DNA of 64,000 nt from Squalus acanthias (lineage: Eukaryota), in NCBI GenBank assembly GCA_030390025.1, contig CM059432.1, positions 102,612,001 through 102,676,000 on the forward strand, written 5' to 3'. Position 1 is the stretch's first letter. Every line of letters begins with the position of its first letter. A program made the translations under genes and the position numbers. The notes beneath the pieces were generated by a model. The model was not told where the DNA came from and made no database searches. It was given only the letters and a program-made list of their open reading frames with translations. Shown one piece after another: positions 47,849-61,267 of the stretch.

Positions 47849-48648
47849 GAAATGTCAGTGCTACTTGACAAGTTATGTCAAAGCCTTTTTGCATATTTCA
47901 TGGCAGGAGGTTAAAATAGTTTTTTGATGTATCGCACAAGAAACAAATTATATCACTGGTACACTTTTATATTTTAAAATGTGTAAGATATTGAAGTGAT
48001 ATATTCCTGCATTTAGAAATCATCTTAATTGTTTCCTCTGTTTTAGTATGTACTCTTTGAAGTATCATCCAATATTCTACTCAAAAAACTCTACTAGACT
48101 ATTGTATAAAAGAAACTCCACACATTCCAAAACACCTTTTGCAAAGGAAAGGTAGGAGATTTCTTCTAGTCCTTAAGTCTGACTGAATTGTTTAGAAAGT
48201 TGCGCTGAAGAGAAAAACAAGTGAATCCCTTGTGGAAAACAACTGGTCAGCAGATCCTTAGTCTCAGTCCAGACAAAGTTTTGAACAAGGTCATTTAAAG
48301 CACTCCCTCTACAATACCTTACATTATATCCATCTTTCTTAAGTGAGAAAAAGACCCCTCACTCTTTACAAGTTACCGATCTGTCTCTCTGAACACTATT
48401 TTTTCCATTTTTAATCACAAAATTATTATAATTATTGACAGAAGAAGACCGAATGGATCTCAATGGAAATAAAAATTGGGAGAGATGGAAAACAGGCTGT
48501 CCATTTGCTATCACCCATTTAACACTATTGCGCAAAGTCAAAATCTACCTCATGATACCTTGAAAAAGGATCCACATGAATCAATTAATCAACTTTATTG
48601 CTTATTAGTAGTTATGTCACAAGTGGGATTTTCTTGGTGATAGATAAT

Positions 48649-51137
48649 GGGCCATAATTTGCTGTAGGAGTGAATCTAATGGTAAACGCCCTTGCATGTT
48701 TAACTTTTTAAATTGGTTGCATAGCAAGTTGCTGCAAGTGCGAGCTGATAACGTCGCAGCGAGGGAAACAGGGCATCTGGGACCTGAGTGAACAGGGAAA
48801 GCAACCTCCTTAACCAATCAGATTGAAGGACTGTGAAATAAACTGTGCAAGGACTGAGAAGGATGTGTAAATTAGAATGGGGGAATTCAATGCCAAATAA
48901 GGTACAGAAAAAGAAATAAAGGCTACGATTTTGCCTAACGAGGCGGGTCCGGTGCGGTCGGGGTCGGTGGCGGGGTGCGACCCCGCTGCTGGCTCCATCC
49001 CACTCTGTGAAAAGAATTTTCTGCTGATTGGGCTTGTTAAGCCCGCCCAGCATGTTTCCCGGCCAATTGAAGGAAGCGGGTCTGATGACGTCACTTCATC
49101 AAACGGTTTCCTTAAAGGGACCATGCACAAATTGTTTTTGACAGTTCTGTCAGTGTTCTACAGCATTGAGGTGCTGCAAACACTGACAAGCACTGCACAG
49201 AGGTGCAGGGCTGCACCCAGGCTCTCCCATGACTCGCTCCATATGCTTATGGAGGGAGTCACATCAGGCAAGGAGGTTCTCTTCCCTTCCCATGGGCAGA
49301 AGAGACCTCCCCAGGAGATCAACGCAGCCTGGTTGCACATTGCACAGCAGGACACAAGCAGGGATGTGGTCAGGAGGACCAGGCTGCAGTGGCGCAAACC
49401 TTTCAATGATCTCAGTAGATCACGAAACGTTACTGCAAAGCCACACTCAACCTCATCCTGCTGTGCCACTCATCACATCCCCGTCACTCTGCCTTCCCTA
49501 CCCTACTCCTGCACATCCTTACTCACACCAACTTACCTTGCACCTCCACCCATCTCTCTCTATCTACATTATCACATCCCCATCTCAATAGCCACCCCTC
49601 ACACTCACCCTCATCTTAGTCCAATCATACAAACTAACAACACACAGGGGTAGGAACTTGGGTGTTTTAGCCAATGTTCATGTAAAGTTTCTGTTAATGT
49701 GCTGTCAAACATTGAACTCTTTATTTTCAACACTTTGCATTCTTGGACAGATTTGTGTGCACCTCTGGAAGTGGCTTAGTGAGTTGCAGTGAATGGTGAG
49801 ACATAACGGTACCCCCCGCAATGGCGATGAATGTGAAAGGAATGGTTTAGGCATTGTAGGGATGCTTTATGTTGTGAGGTGGTGCCAACCTGGTGCATTA
49901 TGTGGCAGCCAGGGTGTACAGCATCAAGTGAAGTAAATCTGGCTATGGTGAGGCCATCCCTGGCATCCCGGGCAGCAATGTGGTCGGGTGCTGATACCCT
50001 GTGTCCTGTGCAGCATCAGGTGATTGCGGAGAAGATTGGTGTTGTTGTTGGTGCTGCTGGTGTGCCTGGTGCTGCTGCTGTTGGGGCTGATCGTGGTGGG
50101 ATTCTGAGGACCAAGGTGAGATTTTTTCAAGGGCACCGATGCTGATGGAATAGATGGCAGGTGCAGTTGAGATGACAGAAGTGATCTGTCAATGGTGAGA
50201 GAGGTTGTTCCAATGAGGTGACACTGGATAGAGCATTTTCTCCAAACACTTGCAACCTGCATAAAGCTCAATCTGTCTTCTAAATGCAGTAAGCAACAGC
50301 TTCTAACTTGGAAAGTGAACAGCTGTGAGATGGGAGCTTTTATACAACATTTGTAGCTGTCAAGTAAAGAAATCATCCCATGCTGACACAACTCCCGACC
50401 TCCTTACCTGACGTGATCCCTGAGCAGCGGGGAAGCCATTCGCGAACTCTAAAAATCTAAAGATGAGCTAAAAATCTATTTAATTGCCTCTTAACAATCT
50501 CTCTAATGATCTCAATTGCCTCCCCCGCCACTTGGTGTCGGGTCTGTTCAGCGATGACAGACCCGACATTTGGGAGACTAGCATGGAGGCGGGTTGACAG
50601 TGGGCTCCCAGCCGACCTGCCACCTAACGCAGCCGCTGATCCCCGAAAAATTACCCCCAAAGAGACAGAAAGAAAGATTGGATTAAGAAAGAGAGAAAAA
50701 AGAGGCTGAAAGGAAAAGTACATTTTGTTTTAACATTTTTTTATATCTCCAACATCAATTAATACCTGAAGGAATAAGACTCCACACTTGTAATATTTAA
50801 TTTTCAGTGCCAGAGAAGTTGATTGGCAGTAATTAACACTTAATCACATACTGGAGCTTGAAATGACAGGACTTAACTTTCTGTGGCGAGTTTAGTTTGT
50901 ATCTACCGCAACAAATACAGCAACTTCACGCCATTCAATGCATTTCAATGGTGACGCAGACAGCGAGGTGTCGTTTCCGCTAAGCTAACGGTGGAGTGCC
51001 GCAACTCGGACAGCAACTTTTGGATATTTGTCTTTAACCGTGCATCTGCCCCTCGCCTGAAATTGCTGTACCATTTACGCATAAATAACGGTGAGCGCCA
51101 TTAGCCTCAACGTTATTTTGACAGCAAATTCTAGCCC
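48649..51137. mobile_element. Harbinger-type MITE hosting a nested element
   Basis: TIRs gggccataatttgctgt / acagcaaattctagccc; flanks aat/aag; partial inverted relative at ~19050-19520. Confidence 0.8.
48921..50658. mobile_element. Non-autonomous Harbinger derivative (host copy C, uninterrupted)
   Basis: TSD AAA; ends ggctacgatttt / aaaaattaccccc; Myb/SANT-like segment APRLSHDSL…AAWLHIA…RRTRLQWRKPFNDL in ORF 48931-49653. Confidence 0.8.
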
Positions 51138-51624
51138 AAGGTATTTAAGGTTGTGCTTTGCCCACCCAAAGAGCAGTTTCTCATCAGTTCCAAAAGCTAA
51201 GGGAGAGATAAAGAGTGACAGTTGAAAGGGTGAGAAAGGTTAAGTATATAAAGTGTATCATAACTGTTAATTAAGAGCTTAAGTCTCTGAGCCAGAGGTA
51301 AAGGATTCTATATAACAACATGAAGAATTATAATACATGCAAGGTTAACTAAAGCTAGGAGCAGGAGATTACTGAAGAAAAAACACAACAATCACAGACT
51401 CCGACTCACGACAAATGCCTCCAGAGACCAAGCATCCTTAAAGAAGGCAGAATTGCCCAAAGAGACAGCAGCTAACCTATTGCAAACGTATTATGCTCAT
51501 GTCACGGAAGTGTAGTCTGAATAGCGGAAAGTAGTTGTGATGTATTAAATATAGATTGTAAACCTAACATTGCTAAGCTGTACTATAATCATAAACATTG
51601 ACTATAACTGTTATTCAGTTATTG

Positions 51625-52153
51625 TAACATCAACTTGTCTTTATATAACACCTTTAACATAGCAAAAGGTCCCAAGGCGCTTCACAGGAGTGTTATAAGA
51701 CAATAATTTGACACCGAGCCACATAAGGTGATATTAGGGCAGCTGACCAAAAGCTTGGTCAAAGAGATAGGTTTTAAGGAGCATCTTAAAGGAGCAAAGA
51801 GAGGTAGAGAGGCGAGAGATTTAGGGAATTCCAGAGCTTAGGGCCTAGGCAGCTGAAGCATGGCCACCAATGGTAGAGCGATTAAAATCAGGGATGCTCA
51901 AGAGGGCAGAATTAGAGCAGCGCAGATATCTCAGGGGGATGTGGGGCTAGAGGAGATGACAGAGATAGAGATGCGAGGCCATGGAGGGATTTAAAAACAA
52001 GGATCAGAATTTTAAAATCAAGGCGTTGCTTAACCGGGAGCCAACGTAGGTCAGCGAGCACAGGGGTGGGTGATGGGTGAACGGGACTTGGATGACTTCA
52101 GTTTTACGCGGGGTAGAATGTGGGAGGCCAGCCAGGAGTGCGTTGGAATAGTC
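51625..52153 (-). mobile_element. L2-like LINE 3' fragment
   Basis: Homologous to 11937-12037 and 14225-14400; L2-type tail at ~51630. Confidence 0.75.
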
Positions 52154-55038
52154 ATAAACAAAATTCGGCTACATTGAGATATTGTGATGCACTTAAACTA
52201 GTCTTGCCTATGATAGTTTAGTTTTTTCTGATTGATATTAAGTACCTAATCATTTTACTTCAATCACTGCTACTAGACCTTGTGATGGTGTCGATTGTGC
52301 TATCATTGTTAAATTAAGTAGTGTTAGTTAATGCATTTCATGTGTCCGTCTTCATCTTTAACAACTCTGGCAAGAAGGAGTTAAGTATCACTTCACATAA
52401 TGTTGTACTGCATCATGCTGTGATTGATTTGGTTTGGTTAGTTATCAATATTATACGGAGCAGGCCAAAGTCATGCCAAATTAGGCATCTTATAAATCCT
52501 AGACATGAACAGTAGGTCCCAATCCAATCTTTTAATGTCTATTTGTTAGCAAAGTGGGAAAGACCATTTGATGCTCTAATATGGATTATATATTGGAATT
52601 TTGCATACAATATGTCTTGGATATTGTACAAGATTTAGCATTCATGTACTCTACAATTAGCACTTTCATCTTTTTCTTTTTGCAATTTCTCCTACAATCC
52701 ACAGACTTTTAAAACCCACTTTTGGCATCACCTGATCATTCATTTTTGACAGCTGCATTCAGGATCACCTGGTCTACATGTGGCCTAACCAGTTTCCTTA
52801 AAGGGACTGATGGATGCTGCCACCAAAAAGGTAAGCTTCTTGAAAGATACTTACCTCAGCGTAGAACCGGGAGGTGCAGGAGCGCTCCTCTCAGCTCCAC
52901 TACCGAAGACCGATGCCGGCCTCCGATCAGCCCCCAAATTCTCTCTCGATCATTTTCCCCTCTCCCAGCCATTCCGCCCCCCCCGCCGCCCCCAACCGAT
53001 CATAACCTCCTTCTCTCCCGACAGGTCCCCTCACTCCCTCACGAACATTTTCTCCCTCTCCCAATCGTGAGCCCCGCCTTCCGATCAGCCCCCTCACATT
53101 CTCCCAATCATTTTCCCCTCTCTCATTTTCCCTCCCTCTTGATTGTTCCCCCACCCCCACTCCCAGATGCCCCCTACCACCCGGTTGCTTCCCCAATCTC
53201 TTGGTCGCTATCCCCTCCTGATCACTTACTCCCTCTCTGGGGTGCCCCTCTCTCGACCAATTGTTCCCCCACCCACCCCCCCTCGAGTTCCGGTCACCTC
53301 CCTCCTCCCCAATTGCTCCCCCACCTCTCCCGGTTGCCCCCTCCCTCCAGATCATTGGCCCCCACTTTCAGGTGAACCCCGCCCCCAGATCACTTCCCCC
53401 ACTCTCCCAGGACCTCCCTGAATGAGAGTCAAATAATTCACTCCCTCTTTTATTTGTATTTGACAGAGCTTGCGATTTGTTAAGTATCTCTTTTTGTAGT
53501 GCTAATCCTCTTGAAAGTTTCTTAGAGTAAGCTGAGGGTTGATTGTTCCTAACAATAATGGGTTTGGAATTCTGCGGTACTGCATTAGTTTCTTGTTTTC
53601 TGATGCCAATTTTTAATAATTTTAAAGTGATTAATTCTTAGCTACACTTAATTCAGCATTTTCTTAGTTTTGATATAACTATTATATTCAACAAGGCAAA
53701 TCATAATTAATGTGCAGTATGCATTGCTAATAAAATGCTAATTTAAAAAAAACCACTACATGGGCAATTTTTATTTAAATTTGCTTCAAAGAATTATGCA
53801 AATGAGGAAAGGTGTTCAAATATTCTGCTCTTGTTTGAACTCCAATGTGTCCTGCTATTATAGCTGATTCATCTTATTACTAAGGAGGAGCATTTTTTTT
53901 CAGTCAAGTGTAGTTTGCTTCGGAGCATGTACAATTTAGGTATTTGAAAGCTGAGTCACAGTTACCAACAGAGAACAAAGCAATATCTACCACTATATTG
54001 TTCAAGAATATGAACAGAAAATCACATACAAACTGCTAGAGATTAGACATGCCCTACTTGGCTTCTGGGAATTAAAGTTACCCCACTGCTCATCCCCCAA
54101 CCACTATGACCACCTCCACTAATCCAACAGGAATAGAATCGTAGAATGATACAGCACAGGAGGCCATTCGGCCCATCGTGCCTGTGTCCACTCTTTGGAA
54201 GAGCTATCTGATTAGTCCCACTCCTCTGCTCTTTCCCCATAGCCCAGCAAATTTTCTACCTTCAAGTATTTGTCCAATTCCCTTTTGAAAGTTATTATTG
54301 AATCTGCTTCCACCACCCTTTCAGGCAGTGCATTCCAGATCATAACAACTCACTGCGTAAAACAAAAAATCCTCATATCGCCTCTGGTTCTTTTGCCAAT
54401 TACTTTAAATCTGTGACCTTTAGTTACCGACCCTTCTGCCACTGGAAACAGTTTCTCCTTATTTACTATATCAAAACCATTCATGATTTTGAACAACTCT
54501 ATCAAATCTCCCCTTAACCTTCTCTGCTCTAAGAACAACCCCAGTTTCTCCAGCCTCATGTAACTGAAGTCTTTCATTTTTGGTACCATTTGGTACATCT
54601 CCTCTGCACCCTCTCTAAGAGCTGAATTTTGCCTGCGCTCAGAGTGCGGGTTTAGAGGCGGGTCCAGTGTCAAAATAGCAAAGATTGACAGCGGGTAGGA
54701 AAGCTGCTGTCAACCCGCCTCCACGAGAGTCTCCCAGGTGTCGGGTCTGTCTGCGCTGAACTGACCCGACACCAAGCGGCGGGGGAGACAATTTAGATCA
54801 TTAAATGGCATGTTACCAGCCAATTTAATGGTATTTTGAGCCTACCTTGTAATTTTACATGCTCCCCGACGGGTTACCCGCTGCTTGGGGAACACGCCAG
54901 CTCGCCCTGTCGTGAGTGGAGTCTGCTTTAATTTATCTGATAACCTGACAGCTGCAGAAGTGGTATAAAGATACCGTGTTGCAGCTGTTCAGTTTCAGAG
55001 CTCAGAAGCTGTTGGTTACTGCATTTGTAAGACATAGA

Positions 55039-55399
55039 GAGGGAAAAATTCGATGGCGCCCCCTTTGGGGCGCTAACGTCGCCTTTAGCGCCACACAAAA
55101 GTTAGCACCCCTGCGCCATAAATTTAGTCATAGCACACCAAGCAGGAGGCGGGGTGCTACTGGAAGCCCTCTCCCTCCTTCTTGGGATGCTACCAGTGAA
55201 TTTCACGGTGCTACGTGCAACACGTCGGCACATAGCGCCGCATAATTGCAGGCCTCCCTCCCCTGATTAAAGGGGAGGGGCCTAGCACTGCGCGCACCGG
55301 GGCCCTGCTGGACCACCGGGAAGCGGAGTACTGGGAAAACAGCCCGGCACTCAAGAGAGAGCAGTAACGGGAGGCGCAAAGCAGCCCAATCTTTCCCCC
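55039..55399. mobile_element. 361-bp Harbinger MITE nested in host copy B
   Basis: Ends gagggaaaaatt / aatctttccccc; flanks aga/ata; left ~290 bp homologous to 62423-62720. Confidence 0.85.
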
Positions 55400-56252
55400 A
55401 TAGAGCTTTCTGTAGCCTGCAAGTGTTTAAAGCCAACTCTCTATCCAGTGTCACCTCATTGGAACAACCTCTCTCACCATTGACAGAGCGCTTCTGTCAT
55501 CTCAACTGCAGCTACCATCTATTCCAGCAACATCAATGCCCTTGAAAAAATCTCACCTTGGACCTTGGACCTCAGCCCCAACACCAACAGCACCAACAAC
55601 AACACCAACCTTCTCTGCCATCATCTGATGCTGCACAGGACACAGGGCATCAGCACCCGACCACATTGCTGCCCAGGAGGCCAGCGATGGCATCACCATG
55701 GCCAGATTTACTTCACTTGACGCTGTACACCCTGGCTGCCACATGATGTGCCAGGTTGACACCATCCCACACCAGCACCATAAAGCATCCCTATAATGTC
55801 CAAGCCATTCCTTTCACACTCATCACAATAGCGGTGGGCGGAGAGTTATGTCTGAACATTCACTGGAACTCACTAAGACACTTCTCAAGGTGTGCACAGA
55901 TCTGTCCAATAAGGTGAAGTGTTGAAAATATAGATTTCAATGTTTGACAACACATTAACAGAAACTTCACATGAACATTAGCTAAACCACTCAAGTGCCT
56001 ACCCTTGTGTGTTGTTAGTTGGTATGATTGTTCTAGGATGAGGGTGAGTGTGAGGGGTGGCGAGTGAGATGGGGAAGTGATAATGTAGATAGAGAGGGAT
56101 GGGTGGAGGTGCAAGATAAGTTGGTGTGAGTAAGGATGTGCAGGAGTAGGGTAGGGAAGGCAGAGTGATGGGGATGTGATGAGTGGCAGAGCAGGATGAG
56201 TTTGAGTGTGGCTTGGCAGTATCGTTTCGTGATCTGCTCAGATCATTGAAAG

Positions 56253-59200
56253 ACCCGCATGGCGGTGCTGGAGCTGCGGGTGGACTCACTCTGGAGCATG
56301 CACGATGCCGAGAACTCGGTGAATCGCTCATTTAGTGAGTTGTCCACACCGCAGGTAAAGGCTAGGACAGACAGAGAATGGGTGACCAAGAAGCAGGGCA
56401 ATATCAGGAAGGTAGTGCAGGAGTCCCCTGTGGTCATCTCCCTCCAAAACAGGTATGCCGCTTTGGATACTGTTGGGGGAGATGGCCTACCAGGGGAAGG
56501 CACTAGCAGCCAGGTTCATGGCACCATGGCTGGCTCTGCTGCACAGCAGGGCGGGAAAAAGAGTGGTAGGGCTATAGTGATAGGGGACTCAATTGTAAGG
56601 GGAATAGACAGGAGTTTCTGTGGCCGCAACCGAGATTCCAGGATGGTATGTTGCCTCCCTGGTGCAAGGGTCAAGGATGTCTCGGAGCGGCTGCAGAACA
56701 TTCTGAAGAGGGAGGGTGAACAGCCAGCTGTCGTGGTGCATGTAGGTACCAACGATATAGGTAAAAAGCGGGAAGAGGTCCTACAAGCAGAATTTAGGGA
56801 GCTAGGAGCTAAATTAAAAAGTAGGACCTCTAAGGTAGTAATCTCTGGATTGCTACCAGGGCCACGTGCTAATCAGAATAGAGAGAACAGGATAGTGAGA
56901 TTGAATACGTGGCTTGAGCAGTGGTGCAGGAGGGAGGGATTCAAATTCCTGAGGCATTGGAACCAGTTCTGGGGGAAGTGGGACCTGTACAAAAGGGACG
57001 GTCTGCACTTGGGCAGGACTGGAACCGATGTCCTCGGGGTAATATTTGCTAAAGCAGTTCGGGAGGATTTAAACTAATATGGCAGGGGAATGGGAACCTA
57101 TGTAGCGAAACAGGGGGAAGTAATATGCAGTCAGAAACAAATGTTAGAAGGGTGAGAAACAATAGGGGAAGGCCGAGTAAACAAAGGCAAGAAACACAAA
57201 GGGCCATACTAAATCATAAGTCTAAAAGGACAAAGGATGTTAATAAAACAAGCCTAAAGGCTCTGTGTCTTAATGCAAGGAGTATCCGTAATAAGGTGGA
57301 TGAATTGACTGTGCAAATAGATGTTAACGGATACGATGTGATTGGGATTACAGAGACGTGGCTCCAGAACAATCAAGGCTGGGAACTGAACATCCAGGGG
57401 TATTCAACATTCAGAAAGGATAGAATAAAAGGAAAAGGGGGTGGGGTAGCATTGCTGGTTAAAGAGGAGATTAATGCAATAGCTAGGAAGGACATCAGCT
57501 TGGAGGATGTGGAATCAATATGGGTTGAGCTGCAGAACACCAAAGGGCAGAAAACGTTAGTGGGAGTTGTGTACAGACCTCCAAACAGCAGTAGTGAGGT
57601 GGGGGAGGGTATGAAACAGGAAATCAGAGGTGCGTGCAAAAAGGCACGGCAGTTATCATGGGTGACTTTAATATGCATATAGATTGGGCTACTCAAACTG
57701 GAAGCAATACGGTGGAGGAGGATTTCCTGGAGTGTTTAAGGGATGGTTTCCTAAACCAATATGTTGAGGAACCAACTCGAGGGGAGGCCATCCTGGACTG
57801 GGTGTTGTGTAATGAGGAGGGACTAATCAGCAATCTTGTGGTACGAGGCCCCCTGGGGAAGAGTGACCATAGTATGGTGGAGTTCTACATTAGGATGGAG
57901 AAGGAAACAGTTAAGTCAGAGACCATGGTCCAGAACTTAAATAAGGGCAACTTTGAGGGTATGAGGCGTGAATTGGTGAGGTTAAATTGGCAAGCGATAT
58001 TTAAGGGGCTATCAGTGGAAGGGCAATGGCAGACATTTAGAGATCGCATGGATGAACTACAACAATTGTACATCCCGGTCTGGCATAAAAATAAAAAAGG
58101 GAAGGTGGCTCAACCATGGCTAACAAGGGAAATCAGGGATAGTATTAAAACCAAGGAAGTTGCATACAAATTGGCCAGAAGTAGCAGCAAACCCGGGGAC
58201 TGGGAGAACTTCAAAACTCAGCAGAGGAGGACGAAGGGTTTGATTAGGGCAGGGAAAATAAAATATGAAAGGAAGCTTGCAGAGAACATTAAAATGGACT
58301 GCAAAAGCTTCTATAAATATGTAAAAAGAAAGAGGTTAGTAAAAACAAACGTAGGTCCCCTGCAGTCGGAAACAGGGGAAGTCGTAATGGGGAACAAGGA
58401 AATGGCAGATCAATTGAACAAGTACTTTGGTTCGGTGTTTACTGTGGAGGACACACACAACCTGCCGGAAATAAAAGGGGTCAGAGGATCTGGTAAGAGG
58501 GAGGAGCTGAGGGAAATCCTTATTAGTCGGGAAAAGGTATTGGGGAAATTGATGGGACTGAAGGCTGAAAAATCCCCGGGGCCTGATGGTCTGCATCCCA
58601 GAGTACTTAAGGAGGTGGCCTTGGAAATAGTGGATGCATTGACGATCATTTTCCAACATTCCTTAGACTCTGGATCAGTTCCGATGGAGTGGAGGGTGGC
58701 AAATGTAACCCCTCTTTTTAAAAAAGGAGGGAGGGAGAAAGCAGGGAATTATAGACCGGTCAGCCTGACATCGGTCGTGGGTAAAATGATGGAAGCAATT
58801 ATTAAAGATGTCATAACAGACCATTTGGAAAGTGACGACATGATAGGTCCAAGTCAGCATGGATTTGTGAAAGGGAAATCATGCTTGACAAATCTTCTGG
58901 AATTTTTTGAGGATGTTTCCAATAGGGTGGACAGGGGGGAACCAGTAGATGTGGTGTATTTGGACTTTCAGAAGGCCTTCGACAAGGTCCCACACAAGAG
59001 ATTGGTGAGCAAAGTTAAAGCACATGGGATTGGGGGTAATGTGTTGACGTGGATTGAGAACTGGTTGGCACACAGGAAACAAAGAGTAGGAGTAAATGGG
59101 TACTTTTCAGAATGGCAGGCAGTGACCAGCGGGGTACCGCAGGGTTCGGTGCTGGGACCCCAGCTGTTTACATTATATATTAATGATTTGGACGAAGGGA

Positions 59201-59752
59201 TTAAATGTAATATCTCCAAATTTGCGGATGACACTAAATTGGGAGGAAGTGTGAACAATGAGGAGGATGCTAGGAGGCTACAGAGTGACTTGGACAGGTT
59301 GGGTGAATGGGCAAATGTATGGCAGATGAAGTACAATGTGGATAAATGTGAGGTTATCCACTTTGGTGGTAAAAATAGAGAGGCGGACTATTACCTGAAT
59401 GGTGGCAGATTAGGGAAAGGGGACGTGCAACGAGACCTGGGCGTCATGGTACATCAGTCACTGAAGGTGGGAATGCAAGTGCAGCAGGCAGTCAAGAAAG
59501 CAAACGGAATGATGGCCTTCATAGCAAGGGGATTTGAGTACAGGAGTAGGGAGGTGATGCTACAGTTGTACAGGGCCTTGGTGAGGCCACACCTGAAGTA
59601 TTGTGCGCAGTTTTGGTCTCCTAACTTAAGGAAGGACATTCTTGCTATTGAGGGAGTGCAGCGAAGGTTCACTAGATTGATTCCTGGGATGGCCGGACTG
59701 ACATATCAAGAAAGATTGGGTCAACTGAACTTGTATCCTCTGGAGTTCAGAA
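56253..59752 (+). mobile_element. CR1 truncated at both ends (partial ORF1 + nearly complete ORF2 with one frameshift)
   Basis: ORF1 esterase 56259-57077; ORF2 57125-57682 and 57634-59752, frameshift in an A-run near 57640; no 3'UTR or tail. Confidence 0.93.
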
Positions 59753-60809
59753 TTTGCACCACTGCAGCCTGGTCCTCCTGACGACATCCCTACTTGTGTC
59801 CTCCTGTGCAATGTGCAACCAGGCTGTGTTGATCTCCTGGGGAGGTCTCTTCCGCCCATGGGAATGGAAGAGAACCTCTCTGCATGCTGTGCCTCCCTCC
59901 ATAAGCATATGGAGGGAGTCATGCGTGAGCCTGGGTGCAGCCGTCCACCTTTGTGCAGTGCTTGTCAGTGTTTGCAGCACCTCAATGCTGTAGAACACTG
60001 ACAGCACAACTGTCAAAATGATTGTGGCCGTGGTCCCTTGAAGAAAACCGGCTGATGATGTCATCAAACCCGCTTCCTTTTCATTGGCCAGGAACACCGC
60101 AGGACGGGCTTAACAAGGCCAATCTACGGAAAATCATTTTCAGAGAGCGGCTGCAGATGAGACCGCCAACCAGCTCTCCCGCCGCCATCCCACCTCCGCA
60201 GGGAAAATCGTGCCCTAAGGCTTTGGCATCCTTCCTAAAGTGTGGTTCCCAGAATTGGCCACAATGCTCCAGCTGGGGCATAACCAGTGTTTTATAACGG
60301 TTTAGCATAACTTCCTTGCTTTTGTACTCTGTGCCTCTATTTATAAAGCCAAGAATTCCGTATGCCTTTTTAAGAGCCTTCTCAACTGGTCCTGCCACCT
60401 TCAAAGACTTGTGTATGTACACCCCAGGTTTCTCACTTCCTACACCGCCTTTAAAATTGTACCATTTAGTTATATTGCCTCTCCTCATTCTTCATACCAA
60501 AATGAATCACTTCACACTTCTCTGCATTAAATTTCATCTGCCATGTGTCTTCCCATTTCACCAGTCTGTCTATGTCTTCCGGGTGTCTGTTACTATCCTC
60601 TTCGCTGTTTATTATATTTCCACGTTTCCTGTCATCTGCAAACTTTGAAACTATGCCCTGTATACCCAAGTGCAGGTCATTAATATATATCAAGAAGAGC
60701 AGTGGTCCCAACAGCAACCTCTGGTGAGCACCACTGCACACTTCCCTCCAGTCTGAAAAACAACCGCTCACCACTATTCTCTGCTTTCTGTCCCTTAGCC
60801 AATTACGTA

Positions 60810-61267
60810 AAGAGAAGAGAGAACTTCTATTTATATAGCCTCTTTCACAATCTCAGGACATCCCAAAGCATTTTGCAGCCAATTAAATACTTTAGAGTTT
60901 AGTCACTGTTGTAATGTAGGAAACGCGGCAGCCAATTTGCGCACATCAAAATCCCACAAACAGCAATGAGATAATGATCAGATAATCTGTTGATTAGTGA
61001 TGTTGGTTGAGGGATGAATATTGGTCAGGACACCAGAGAAAACTCCCCTGCTCTTCTTTGAATAGTGTCATGGGATCTTTTACATCCACCTGAGAGTGCT
61101 CATTTAACGTCTCATTCAAAAGACGGCACCTCCGACAGTGCAGCACTCCCTCAGTACTGCACTGGCGTGTTAGCCTAGATTTTGTGCTCAAGTCTCTGGA
61201 ATGGGACTTGAACCCACAATCTTCTGACTCAGAGGCAAGAATGTTACCACTGAGCCACAGCTGACAC
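60810..61267 (-). mobile_element. tRNA-derived DeuSINE (SacSINE1-like), near full length
   Basis: A box tggctcagtgg (61247-61257), B box ggttcaagtcc (61204-61214), Deu-domain gctgtttgtgggattttgatgtgcgcaaattggctgccgcgtttcc, L2-like tail. Confidence 0.85.

Larger units (their letters stand above)
54619..60215. mobile_element. Non-autonomous Harbinger derivative (host copy B) with TAA TSD
   Basis: TAA at 54616-54618 and 60216-60218; ends gagctgaatttt / aaaatcgtgccc; Myb/SANT remnant 59753-59960 (minus). Confidence 0.85.
54131..60806 (-). mobile_element. CR1 (54131-54618 and 60216-60806) split by the nested Harbinger/CR1 block
   Basis: ORF2 KDAKAL|ERVQRR-like frame resumes across the TAA duplication. 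Confidence 0.85.

Noticed and set aside
48047..48151. Plus-strand exon candidate (ttttag|…aag|gtagga)
   Set aside because: Short, AT-rich, unrecognisable peptide on the opposite strand to the better candidate; could be chance
52722..53421. Pro-rich and Gly-rich ORFs
   Set aside because: Low-complexity C-rich decayed tandem repeat inside a probable MITE remnant
61195..61267. Functional tRNA gene (also 30235-30322)
   Set aside because: A/B boxes are SINE or LINE heads continuing into repeat bodies; no complete cloverleaf is evident
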